Positions 13,501 to 28,147 of a stretch of 64,000 bases of DNA are shown here, in pieces. Position 1 is the first letter of the stretch. Every line of letters begins with the position of its first letter. The position numbers were made by a program, and so were the translations under genes. The stretch spans positions 868,001 through 932,000 of the forward strand of contig JBBPEB010000014.1 of the NCBI GenBank assembly GCA_039096225.1. The letters run 5' to 3'. The DNA comes from Blastocystis sp. Blastoise. Lineage: Eukaryota > Protista > Bigyra: Opalinata. Below the pieces are notes generated by a model, which was given only the letters and a program-made list of their open reading frames with translations, had not been told where the DNA came from and searched no databases.

Positions 13501-15880
13501 TTATATCTTTTGTTCATTTAAAAGAACAAAAGAGAATTGACTATTAACCCATCCACAAATAGTTTGGTTATTGATATATATTTCTTCAATTGCTGTATAA
13601 GGAAGATATACCGCTTAAATAGAATTAAAGAACCCATGAAAGAATAGATAATTCTTGCAAATAAGTATAAATTGTTATTTTTGAAAAATATTTACATATA
13701 TATATAATCAATATCAAATGAAAGGATATAATAAGAGTATAAGCACTCTTCATCTCTCCGTAAATACTTAAATCTCCAGAATTCTCATAGTAATCAGAAA
13801 TCTACATAGAATAATAGTAAATAAATAATACTATAAAGAAAACATACATTTTCAGAGCACATGATACTGTATACTTTTTGATATGTTCTCCATAATCTAA
13901 TAAATATATATATATATAGAGTTGTATATATATATATACTGTAGTTGATAGTTTTTATCTTTATAGGGACCTTCTATTTGAGGCATAGTTAAATACTTCT
14001 TATTCTGTATATAGACAAAATGACATAAGGGTATAATACCAATATCCTCTATATAATAATATATATATATATACAAATTCATTTAAATTAATTCATTTAA
14101 ATGAATACATTTATAGATAGAACTATGTAATAATTATATAGAGTAATAATAATTATATATATATATATAGTATACTTATTGTATAGGATCCTACAAAATT
14201 AGATTCTTCTATGGCTCGAATAATTTTAAATTTCTCAAATTCAACAAGTATATCATTCTTTAAATTTGAAAGAATTGAAAATTGTTGAGGTTCACATTTT
14301 GGAGTAATAAATATGATATATACATTCTCCGTAATAAAATAAGTATAGCTAAATAAATATATAATATATATAGTATATTTTTTTATAAGAAATAAAAGAG
14401 ATAGGGAGAATAATTTGTTGATATATAGAAAACTATTTTAGTCAAATAAATATATAAATATATATACATATGAACAAAAGCTGAAGAGTCTAGTTGAGGA
14501 AGACAAACTGGAAGCCAGCCTTCCGTCTGACGAATGGTTGTATTTTGATATACATAATTCACTAATAGTAAAATATCTATATATATAAAATCAATTGTTT
14601 TGATCATAATTTCATATATTTCATTATTAAATAATTTAAAAATAATTTAAAAATAATTTAATAAATAAATTAATAAATAAATTATTAATTAAATTAATAA
14701 ATAAATTAATATATATAAATATCTGAATTAGCGATGGGTCTATTTGATTGGCATATAGAAACAACTTTACGTTTACAACATAATAATCCGCATCTATATA
14801 TATAATAATAATAGAATAAAATTATACGTTTGATAATAATTAGTTCTAGACAAATAATTCATAAAATAAATACAATGAATAATATCATTAATTATATATA
14901 TATATATAATAAATAGAATTCTATACAGAATATCTTTTCCTTTTAAAAGAGTCATGACTTCCTTGAGCATATCTTTTCGATTAGGAGCTAATCTTAAAAT
15001 TGGAAGAGCATTAAAAATAAATGAAGGATGAAAATGTGAATAGGATAATAAATTAGTCATTGGAGTATATATACCTATATTTATAGGCATATAGAAGTAT
15101 TTTGTATATTCAAAGGTATTTATTATATACACATAATATATAATATATAATATATATATATAATATATAATATATAATATATAATATATAATATATAATA
15201 TATAATATATAATATATATTATATATTATATATTATATATTATATATTATATAATATAAATGATACAAAAATATATATACCACCAATAGCATCTCGAATA
15301 TCATAAGAATAATCACGATCTAAATGTTTTATAATCATATCTGTAGTATTGAATAATATATAGGAATATAATGTTTTCATCTGATTATATATATGTTGAA
15401 TTGAATCAATTGGTTCTTTTGAAACATATACAAAAATTAAACTACTAATTTTTGTAAAATAGATATATTGATGAGATGATTTCACCATACTAGAGAGCAT
15501 TATAGTCAATGATATAAAAAATAACTAATCAAACCTTATATTGTATTTCAAGGAAGTAAAATTAGAATCAATGGCCTGCAAAATACCCATCTCAGCTATA
15601 TATTTAATGTACTGATCAAAACGAGTCATTGACAATAGATTAACATAATGATATAACCGTTATCAGATGTATTCAAATAGATAATCAAGAAAACTATAAT
15701 ATTTTATATACTGCTTTGGTCTTCTTCATTTCCTTTGTTCCAATAAACAGGTTTGCCAGCACATGTCAAGATGTAAACATCAATTTTCAAATTTTGAATG
15801 ACTGGATCCGTTTCTTCAATCATATTATCCATATAGACTCTCTTCTTCTTAAAGCTCTTTGCACTCTCTAACTTATTCAT
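13501..15880 (-). CDS. MON1: Vacuolar fusion protein MON1/SAND (multi-exon, includes two non-GT-AG introns)
   Basis: Motifs VYILTCAGKPVY, MGILQAI, YDIRDAIGG, EGWLPVCLPQLDSSAFVH and LCHFVY are typical of Mon1 longin domains. Confidence 0.85.
13615..13729 (-). other. U12-type (minor spliceosomal) intron, AT-AA termini, in MON1
   Basis: 5' end ATATCCTTT, branch-like TTCTTTAAT about 10 nt from the 3' end, and a phase-0 join giving AYTLI|AVYLPY. Confidence 0.7.
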
Positions 15881-17636
15881 TATCTATTAAAATATATAAT
15901 AAATAGCAAGACTAATAACGAAACAATATCTTGTGAAAAAGATATTCACAATTTTTTTATTTGTTACAGTATCACTCATTAAATAATCATGAAGAATTCT
16001 TTTTGTATTGTTTTTCCTTTTTTTCGGTCATAAACTCTTATCTCATTTTATTTTTTTGAAGGACATATACGATGTTTCAATACATAGTTATATGTAAAAT
16101 GGTGATTTGATAAAATTGTTGATTATGTTTCTTTTTCTTTTTTTTGTATTTTCTTTCAAGAAATCATTTTAGTTACAACTCAGAATAGATAAGAGATAAT
16201 GGGTTTATTCTACAAAAATGAATTTTATCTCTTTTTGCGTTATGTAATTGGAATTTGGATTATAATTAGACTTATATAGGTCTGTATTATTAATCCTATG
16301 AAATCTATCATCGGGCCATTATTCTGAATAGTTCTAAAATTATTATCTCATTTTGTCTTCAAGTCTTTCTTGGTGAATGTATGAAAACTCTGCATCCTGT
16401 TTTATTTTTTATTTCAAGAATGATGTAATGTCCCATGGATACACTATATCATAACAGGTATTTTAATATGAATCGTTGAAGCATAAAACAAAAAATACTA
16501 TTCATTTTAAACTCTTTTCCTCAACAGTTCTCTATATGTACTTATATATTAGTATTTCTATTCAATGAATAGAAATGACCAAAAGACTTTGATTTTTAGT
16601 GAAAATTCACCAATAGCTAGTCTATATTTAAAAATGAAGACTACATATATTAATAGGCAAATTTTTTTTTTTGTAAATATGTATGTTTTTTTTTATTTGC
16701 TACTAAAAGAAAACGAAAAATGATCAACACTTTTGTATTTATATACATTCTTAAAATGAAATTTTATTGTTGTTTCAGAATCATAAAAAGTAGTATATAT
16801 AAATATATATAGAGCATAATAATAAGTCTCTAGTAACTATATACATAAGAAGTATATATCAATAGTACCCTAATATTTTAGTATTTAAAAAGTATCACAT
16901 AATCGACAAAACAAAGAATATCGTCAAGAAGACATGAAATAATAAGTATTATGAAAGAGGAAGAATTGCAGTGAGAAGAAACTCAAGACAAACATTATCA
17001 AATCCATATTATTTATCAAGTCTCTTTTAATAATTCTATAAGATACAAAAGAATATATAACTATAAATTAATAATGAAGACTCAAAATGGGATGTAATAA
17101 GAAGCTGATAAATATCAAAAGCAGATACAGTATACTTCAAACAGATACACAGTTAATATCTATCATTATTCAAAGAAGAAGAATAGTATTTAAACACTAT
17201 TCTTTTATGACTTTTTACAGCTTGTTTAAAGATAATTATGATATATAATATGTACATACAAATAACTAATTATGAATATTCAGAAATTAATTGATATTCT
17301 GAAGAATTTAAGACAATGAGACTTCTGACTCTGAAATGGGATATTTGAACTAGCTTTGTCATTTTTTATATATTTGATTACCTTCTTGAATGCAAACAAA
17401 ATTTAAATAATAAATAATAAAGCGAAAAGGAAGAACAACTAATGAAAGCAACTAAATTTAAAAAAAACTGAATAAATAATTAGACAAATTCAGTTTGAAT
17501 TGGAGACCAAAAGTATTCAATTGATTTTTTCACTTGATTTTTGAGTGAATTCATTTATTTTGTCAATTGTCCATTCATCAAATCATTTGAAGACAATTTT
17601 TTGAAACAAGAATTTAAATAGTGATTAATTGACAAA

Positions 17637-19055
17637 ATGAGTGTTTCAATGTTTGGAGATTCGTATATTCAATCAAAGGAGCCTCCGAAGCCTGAGGAAA
17701 TAGAACTTACAAATAAATTAGATACTTTCTTTAGATCCCAGAATTTATATGAGACTAAAGAGGAATATGAACATAGAAAATCGGTTCTTGATTCACTTAG
17801 TAAAGTTTGCCAAGAATGGGTACAAGCTGTTATTAAAGCAAAAAATCCAACTTTTAATATTGGTAATAAACAATTATGTGTTTTATATACATTTGGTTCA
17901 TTCAGTCTGAATGTTCATTCACCTAATGCTGATATTGATACTTTATGTGTAGGTCCTCATTTAGTAACAAGAGAAGATTTTTTTGAAATCTTAACTCCAA
18001 AACTAAAAGAACTTCCAGATGTAACAGAAGTCAATCCTATTGTTGACGCGTATGTTATTATGTTTATTATTTTGTTTTATTTTTTTTTTAAATTTTATTC
18101 TATTTTATGTATTATATTTTTTATTTTGATTATATACATTATTTCTCTATTTATTAAACTATTCATTATATATACTATATATAATATAGAAAGACTCCTA
18201 TTATTACCATGAATTTCCGTGGTGTAGATATCGATCTTTTATATGCCTCCATTCCTCGATATGAATGCGAAATTCCTGATGTATATATATATATATATAC
18301 ATTTATTACTATATTATTATTATAGGATTTTGATATATCTGATGATATGAACTTGAAAGGTTTAGATGAATTTGTATATTTTTATATACTATTATATTAT
18401 ATACTATTATATTATATACTATTATATACTATTATATTACACACTATTATATACTATTATATATATATATAGGGTTTAAGAACAGTGAATGGTCGACGTG
18501 TTGCGAATACTCTTCTTAAGCTTGTTCCTAATCAAAGTGTATATCTCTCTATTATTACTTATATATTTATATCTATCTATTTATTTATCTATCTATTTAT
18601 AGCAATTTAGAATAGCTTTAAAAGCAATCAAATTATGGTGTTCTGTATATATTATATATATATATATATAATACATATAAATATAAATATTATATATAAA
18701 TATAAATATTATATATATAGAAAAGAGGTGTAGAGAAGAATGTATTTGGCTATTTTGGTGGTGTTAACTGTGCTCTTCTCGTGGCACGTATTTCTCAAAG
18801 ATATCCTACTGCTTCTGCTGTGTATATTATATATATATATATAATTATTATGATCTATTTTTTAATCAAATATCATTTTTATTACCACAATTATCTATAT
18901 ATTCCTTTGATATATACATATATATATATTAATTTCTCTATCTATTATAGTACCTTATTAGAAAAGTTCTTTGAAGAATATTCTTCATGGCCATGGCCAA
19001 AACCACTTACTCTCTATAATGTCCCTATGAATACCATTCATAACTTTGATTCTCT

Positions 19056-19112
<57 letters not shown>

Positions 19113-20554
19113 TATAATGATAATGAGCATTCATATTATACTATACTATTTGTTTTCTATTATCAAATTAAGAAGTATTTATTATTATGTTTAGTCTATT
19201 AGTTATATTCTGCTATTATTCTTTTAATACTATTATTCACCTTATAATAATTTCTATATTTATATAGGTATGGGATCCTGCCCAGAATCCGATTCAAAAG
19301 AATGAGATTTTCCCTCTCATTACTCCCGCGTATCCTTGTATGAATAGTACGAAGAATGTCATCGAATCAACGAAGAAAGTCATTATGAAGGAATTTGAAA
19401 GAGGAAATAATATTATGAAACAAATTATCAACAAAAAAATAGTATATATTATTATTATTATTATATTTATTTGTGGTTAATATAACGAGAATTATTTAAT
19501 ATTGCAATTTATTTTCAAATACATATCCTTATTTTATACATTTTTTCAACATTAGGAATGGAATATATTATTTGAGCCAAGTGATTTCTTTGAACAATAT
19601 AAGTATTATATGATGATATCTATTTATTCAGACACAAAAGAACTACAGAGTAAATGGCAAGGATTCGTTGAATCAAGGTATATAGTGATACTCCTCTATC
19701 TATATTATACTATTTTGTATTTTTATTATTTACGTTTTTTTTTGTAAACATATAAATTATATTATTTATAAGTATTATTCTACAATTATTATAGTGTATC
19801 TTTTTTTTATTTATTGTTTTAATTAGTCTATTAGTTTCTATTATTATTATATAGAATATTAAAAGGTCTTGTTATTAATTTAGAGAATACAAATTATGTG
19901 ACTCCTCATCTCTTCCCTCATCCCTATCCTCTACTTAAAGTATCTATTTATATATATATATGTAACTTTTCATCTATGTATGCATTATTTATTATTATAT
20001 ATATATTATAAACAATATATTATTTATAATTTATCATCAATTTATTCATATTCTTATTTGCATATTCTATTTATAAAATAAAAAAACCTGTATAAGTTTT
20101 CATCATTATCTAATATATAATATAATGAATATTCTTCTTCTTCTTATATTATCCTATAGACAGAGACTACACCTGAAGGTACTTGCTATTTTGTTGGCTT
20201 AGATATCTCTCTTCCTAGTGATAATAATAATACACTCAATTTATCATATGCTACTCAAACATTCCTTAGTGGCCTTAAAATGTATATATATATATAATTA
20301 ATTATTATAATATTCATGATTCATCTATATATACATTATTATTCATGAATATATATAGAAATCAAGAAGACGGAATGCATGTTACTCTAAAAGTATATTT
20401 ATTATTATTATATATTTAATATATTCTATAGACTCTTCGTCATACTAAGAAGATATGTGAACTTCCTGAGAATGTATATCAGCCTAAAGAACATTCTCGA
20501 AAGAGAAAACATAGATCTAATGAAAACGATTCTAAAAAAACAAAAACGAATTAA
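17637..20554 (+). CDS. Canonical-family poly(A) polymerase, paralog 1 (divergent motifs)
   Basis: Motifs FGSFSLNVHSPNADIDTLCVGP, VDIDLLYA, VNGRRVA, FRIALKAIKLW, GYFGGVN, WPWPKP and FPLITPAYPCMNST. The C-terminal tail is basic. Confidence 0.9.
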
Positions 20555-21121
20555 TTCTTTTTTTAATTAATATTATCTTTTTGAAACATATGTTATTGAT
20601 TTAATTCTTTTTTAATATTCATACGCAATTCTATGTTTGTCTATTCATTGTTATAACCAAGTTGTATTGCTTTATTAACCAAAGAAAGCAGATCTTATGA
20701 ATCATTGCTTTTTGAAGTATATACATATCATACATATGATTTCGCTTGTATCAACTACTTATTAAAAAATAAATCATAAAAAAATCACGTAAAAATATTC
20801 AATACTTGTAATCTATTTGAACAGATAATTCAGAAATAATACACCAAACTCACAAAATTGTATAGTAGATAAGATAATATTAATTAAAATAACAATAAAC
20901 ATATTCTAAAGAGAATAAATAGAAAAATCAATTAATTGATATCAAATGAAAAGAAAATCGCAAATATATCTCAAAAGGACCGTTAAAAACTCAAAACAAT
21001 CATATTTTCACGAATGAAAGGCTTATTTTCTTAAGGAGACTTTTTAAATTCATATTCTTGAAAGCAGTTCATCTATTTGTTTTATAGTATATCAAAGAGG
21101 TTGAGGTCGCAAAGAGGTAGC

Positions 21122-23880
<2,759 letters not shown>

Positions 23881-24202
23881 GAATTATTTAGATTTCACTT
23901 TTAAATTATTGAATTCTTTTTTTTTGTCATTTTTCTTTTTGAGTTAAAATATTTTTATTTTTTCACTTTTGGGTAGTCATTATTTCTATGTTTTTCTTAT
24001 ATGTTACTCTTCATGTTATTATGTTTGTTATCCCTTCATTTTGTTTATTTATTTTTAAAATTTATATCCAATATTTTTCTTTAAGAATTAAAAAAAAACA
24101 TTAACAAAACAATATAAAGGAAAATAGAAAAGTTAAAAACAACTACTAAAATATATAAAGGAACAATAAATTAAAAAAAAGAAAAGTGTCTAAAAAAAAT
24201 GT

Positions 24203-25000
24203 TTACAGAGTAGGACGAGTGAATTTATTACCATAACCTAATTCAGAACCTCCAGAAATAATGGTATCAGTACCAGTATTGTAAGTAGCATCAGCAGCTA
24301 AGAAAACACAAAGTTTACCACATTCTTCAATCGTACCTAATCTAGTAAGATGTTGATTTTGAGCATCGTTTTCAAGAGTCTTCTTGGGATCAGGAGTAGA
24401 ATTAATCCAATCATCATAAAGAGGAGTCCAAATATTACCAGGAGAAACAGAGTTAACACGGACATTATAAGGAGCTTCATCAATAGCCATAGCTTTAGTA
24501 AGAGAGTGAATACCTCCCTTAGTAGCACAATAAAGAGTAGCCTTAGATTGACCCATGTGACCAACAAGAGAACTCATGTTAATGATGTTACCTTGAGTCT
24601 TACGAAGATAAGGAATACACTTACAAGATAAATCAAAATAAGAAATAAGATTTAAATTTAATAAATCAACGAATTCCTTACGAGTGAATTCAATATCTTC
24701 CTTTGGTGGAGGATGCCAACCAGCATTGTTAACTAAACAGTCAATTCTTTCGAATTTCTCGACTGTAAAAGCAACAAGAGCAGCAAGATCTTCTTCCTTA
24801 CTAGTATCACAACGACAGAAAACACCACAACCAGGACCTAATTCCTTAAGTTTTTCTTCATAAGCAGCACCTTCTTTAGCGTTTCTACAACAGAAAACAA
24901 CCTTAGCACCTTCTTTAATAAAAGCTTCAACAACACCAGCACCAATACCCTTGGAACCACCAGTAACTATAACAACCTTATTTTCATAACGGAGACCCAT
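24203..25000 (-). CDS. HSD17B14: Short-chain dehydrogenase, HSD17B14 / L-fucose dehydrogenase-like; intronless
   Basis: Motifs TGGSKGIG, NNAGWHPP, NMSSLVG, catalytic YCATK, VSPGNIWTPL and SGGSELGYG closely match HSD17B14. The likely start is MGLRY at 25000. Confidence 0.85.
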   Translation of the reverse strand: MGLRYENKVVIVTGGSKGIGAGVVEAFIKEGAKVVFCCRNAKEGAAYEEKLKELGPGCGVFCRCDTSKEEDLAALVAFTVEKFERIDCLVNNAGWHPPPKEDIEFTRKEFVDLLNLNLISYFDLSCKCIPYLRKTQGNIINMSSLVGHMGQSKATLYCATKGGIHSLTKAMAIDEAPYNVRVNSVSPGNIWTPLYDDWINSTPDPKKTLENDAQNQHLTRLGTIEECGKLCVFLAADATYNTGTDTIISGGSELGYGNKFTRPTL

Positions 25001-25155
25001 CTTTATTTTATTCAATAATAAATAAAAAATGTGATAAAACACAACCATAAATTATGATTCATGTAATGCCACAATAAAATGAATGGTGGATATAGACAAA
25101 CACAAATAAGCAATCTTTTTTATTGCTACGTCCAGAATCAATATTTTAACCGATT

Positions 25156-25162
25156 TGATTGG
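25156..25162 (-). promoter_or_regulatory. Putative CCAAT box upstream of the SDR gene
   Basis: CCAATCA on the minus strand about 160 bp upstream of the ATG. The same heptamer lies at a similar distance upstream of SAM synthetase. Confidence 0.35.
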
Positions 25163-25201
25163 CTTTCTTTGTTGCATCATCTATAGGGAAACGAAAAGAC
25201 G

Positions 25202-25209
25202 TTTTAACC
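25202..25209. repeat. Left 8-bp target site duplication (TTTTAACC) of the hAT element
   Basis: Directly precedes CAGGGGTC and is identical to 41422-41429. Confidence 0.85.
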
Positions 25210-25412
25210 CAGGGGTCACCACGTAGTTACTCGTTAAGCGAAAGGACCAAAATTTTTGCGCTTAAATAACAAAGTTACTTTTTTATTACCGTGATTTTCA
25301 TAGTTATTTTAAGTGATGAAAACACGGGAAAAACAAAAATATAAGGGAAAATGTTTTGCTAAACCAAAAAGAACATTCTATATTAGATAAACTTTTTTTA
25401 TTGTTTAAATAC

Positions 25413-28147
25413 ATGGAACAGTACTTTAAAAAATTACAAGTATATTAATAGTAATATATATATATATATATAGATTGACAAGTCTACAACAGACGAAAAA
25501 AAAAAAAGATGATGACATAATTACAGAAGAAACGAATAATAAACCAGATATTAATCCTAAATCCAAATATTATAGTGAAGTAAAAGAAGGAGTTAAAAGA
25601 TATAATGCCAATCCAGTTGTTTATGGATTTAAAAAATTAACAAAAAACTCCTATTTTTGTTTAATCTGTGAGTCTACTCTCACGTGTAAAGGTTATGAAG
25701 CCTCAAAACTCTTCACTCATTTCAAGAATAAACATGGGTTAAGCAAAATACATATGATGACATTCAAGAACTCTTAAAAGATCATAATGAAAACACAGAA
25801 TACTCAAATTCTCTCTTTAGCTTTTCAGATTTATCCAGTAAGCTTTCATATTTCATCGCCTACTCCATTTCAAAGAATGGATACAGCTACAGAACTGGAG
25901 AAAAATTAGTTAAACCTATTATTGAAGAATATGAAAGGTTAAAGAATGTCAAAGTCCTTTCTAATCTTCCGTTATCCTCAAGCAGTATCAAAAGAAAAAG
26001 TGATGAAATTGCTTTGACAATTCAACAAGAAGTAATAAATAGGATAAGACAATCAGGATCATTTTCTATTCAGCTTGACGAGTCAACTGACATAGAAATG
26101 AAATCCTATTTACTCGTTTATGCTAGATACGAATATAATAAAAAGTTTACTGAATCATTTTTAAGTATTTTTCAGATTAGTTCCAAAACAGGTGATAATA
26201 TATTTAACATGGTAGATAATTTCTTTAATAATAATAACCTTCTGTGGAATAATTGCGTATCAGCTACTTTTGACGGTGCTTCGAATATGAATGGAGACAA
26301 AAACTCCTTCAAAACACGAGTACTAGAGAAGAATAAGAATTGTATGTTCATCCACTGTTTTCTTCATAGAGAAGAACTCTGTGTAAACTGTTTACCAAAA
26401 TACTTCACTAATATATTCAAAAGTGCTGTTGAGATAATTTCATATATAAAGAAGTCTGCTGTTAGACAAGACGAATCCAATAATTACAATATTGATAATG
26501 AATATTCATTAACCTCTTCTATCTTCTCTCCTCAAGATAACATACCTGATTCCCCTAATAATATATCTTCTTTAGAGATAGAATATAATAAAGTAGTTGA
26601 ATCCCTTTTAGATACATCTGATACAGATAATAATATAGATAATAATATTCATGAAGTTTATAGTAATGATAAGAAGGAAGAAAAAAAGGAAAAAAATATT
26701 AGAAGTTATAAACTTCTCCTTTATTGCCCTACAAGATGGCTTTCATGCCATTCATCAATTAAAAGATTTAATTTACTTAGAAATGGAATAACACTAGTAA
26801 TAAAAAAGGATAAAGAAAAGAAGGACTTATATAACACCATTATTGATACTAACTTCATAGCTTCAATGTTATACCTTGAGGATGTTACCAGTTTATTCTA
26901 TGATTGTAATAAATCAATGCAAGGACAGCATAGATATATATTTGGGTTAATAGACATTATGAAGGATTTATTTATAAAATTATCGTTGAGATTAGAAAGA
27001 CTAATAAATAATAACGATTATTCATCATTTACGAAACTTAAGGATTATGTATCTACAACCAAGCTTGATATTAATTCAATCATATTTTATATCAAAAATC
27101 ATCTAATAACTCTTCGACGTAATTTACTGAATTATTTCCCAGAAATACTAAATTATATTGGTAGTGATGAATCGTATCTTCAAGACCTTAATGAATATTT
27201 AATAGACCAAGAAAATACACATAATACATCAAATATATCTCATGAAGTGAATAGTAATGTTAATAACAATACATCAGTAGTATCAAACCAATTTAATATT
27301 CTTGGATCATTACAAGGTTGCGTATCTCCAAATGGAGTTGTAAATGGCTTAATAACCTATGTTGACATAGTTACTCAGCAATTAATAGAAACTCAAGTAA
27401 CGATTAGAATTGACTTTCCATATTTAGTATATGGATACACTTTAGGTAGTATTTCTGGTGTTCTTAATAATTTCCCTAATAGTAGTATTCAAGGACAATA
27501 CAATGGAATCATTAGTAATATAAATATAATTCAGGCTAATATCAATTGTATAATAACTCTTGGGGCAATCATTCCAAATGAAATAAGTAATAATACAAAT
27601 CAAGGAGAAGTACAAAAGAATAAAAAGCAGAAGAAAACGAATAGTAACATAAAAAAACCAAAAAATACACCAACAACTAATCTTATTGATCATTCTTTAT
27701 ATTGGATTACTAATCCATTTTCAAAAGTAGCTGACGAAAATAAAATGGAGTTTCATGTTAAAGAAGAGTATTTCTGTTTACTTGCTGATAAAACATGTAG
27801 AGAAGAATTTAATAACGTACCAATAGATGAGTTCTATATAAGCCATAAGAGTCGTTTTCCATTATTATATGATATAGCCAAGAAATGTTTTCTTCCCTTT
27901 GCAACTTCATATCTCTGTGAGAGCGGTTTCAGTCATCTCGTGTATATAAAAAACAAATACAGAAACACTATTAATCCAACAACCCAAATGACAATTGGAT
28001 TAACTTCTGATATCATTGATTCTTCATCACTTATAACTACTGTTTTAGAGCGTATGTATATTATAAGTATTATATTCATAATTCACATAATATAGAATCT
28101 ATTCTTAATTATATATAGATAAATTAAAGAAAAAGAAACTCGATTGA
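25413..28147 (+). CDS. hAT/Buster (ZBED5/SCAND3-like) transposase, with 1-2 frameshifts in the N-terminal part as assembled
   Basis: BED-like finger CLIC...HFKNKH, then LSYFIAYSISK..GEKLVKP, LPLS, QLDESTD, FDGA, HCFLHRE, TRWLS and FATSYLCESGFSHLVYIKNKYRN. Probable introns at 25440-25473 and 28052-28118; C-terminus KLKKKKLD*. Confidence 0.85.

Noticed and set aside
24203-25048. ORF-track start at 25048 for the SDR, and the upstream TTG starts at 21077, 42898 and 57534
   Set aside because: Homology and signal peptides begin at the downstream ATGs (25000, 21122, 42916, 57552).
25738-25820. A GT-AG intron that would repair the transposase frameshift
   Set aside because: It is in frame, but the donor is atypical and it would delete the ~35-aa linker normally found between the BED finger and the (A/L)SY motif. 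An indel is more likely.
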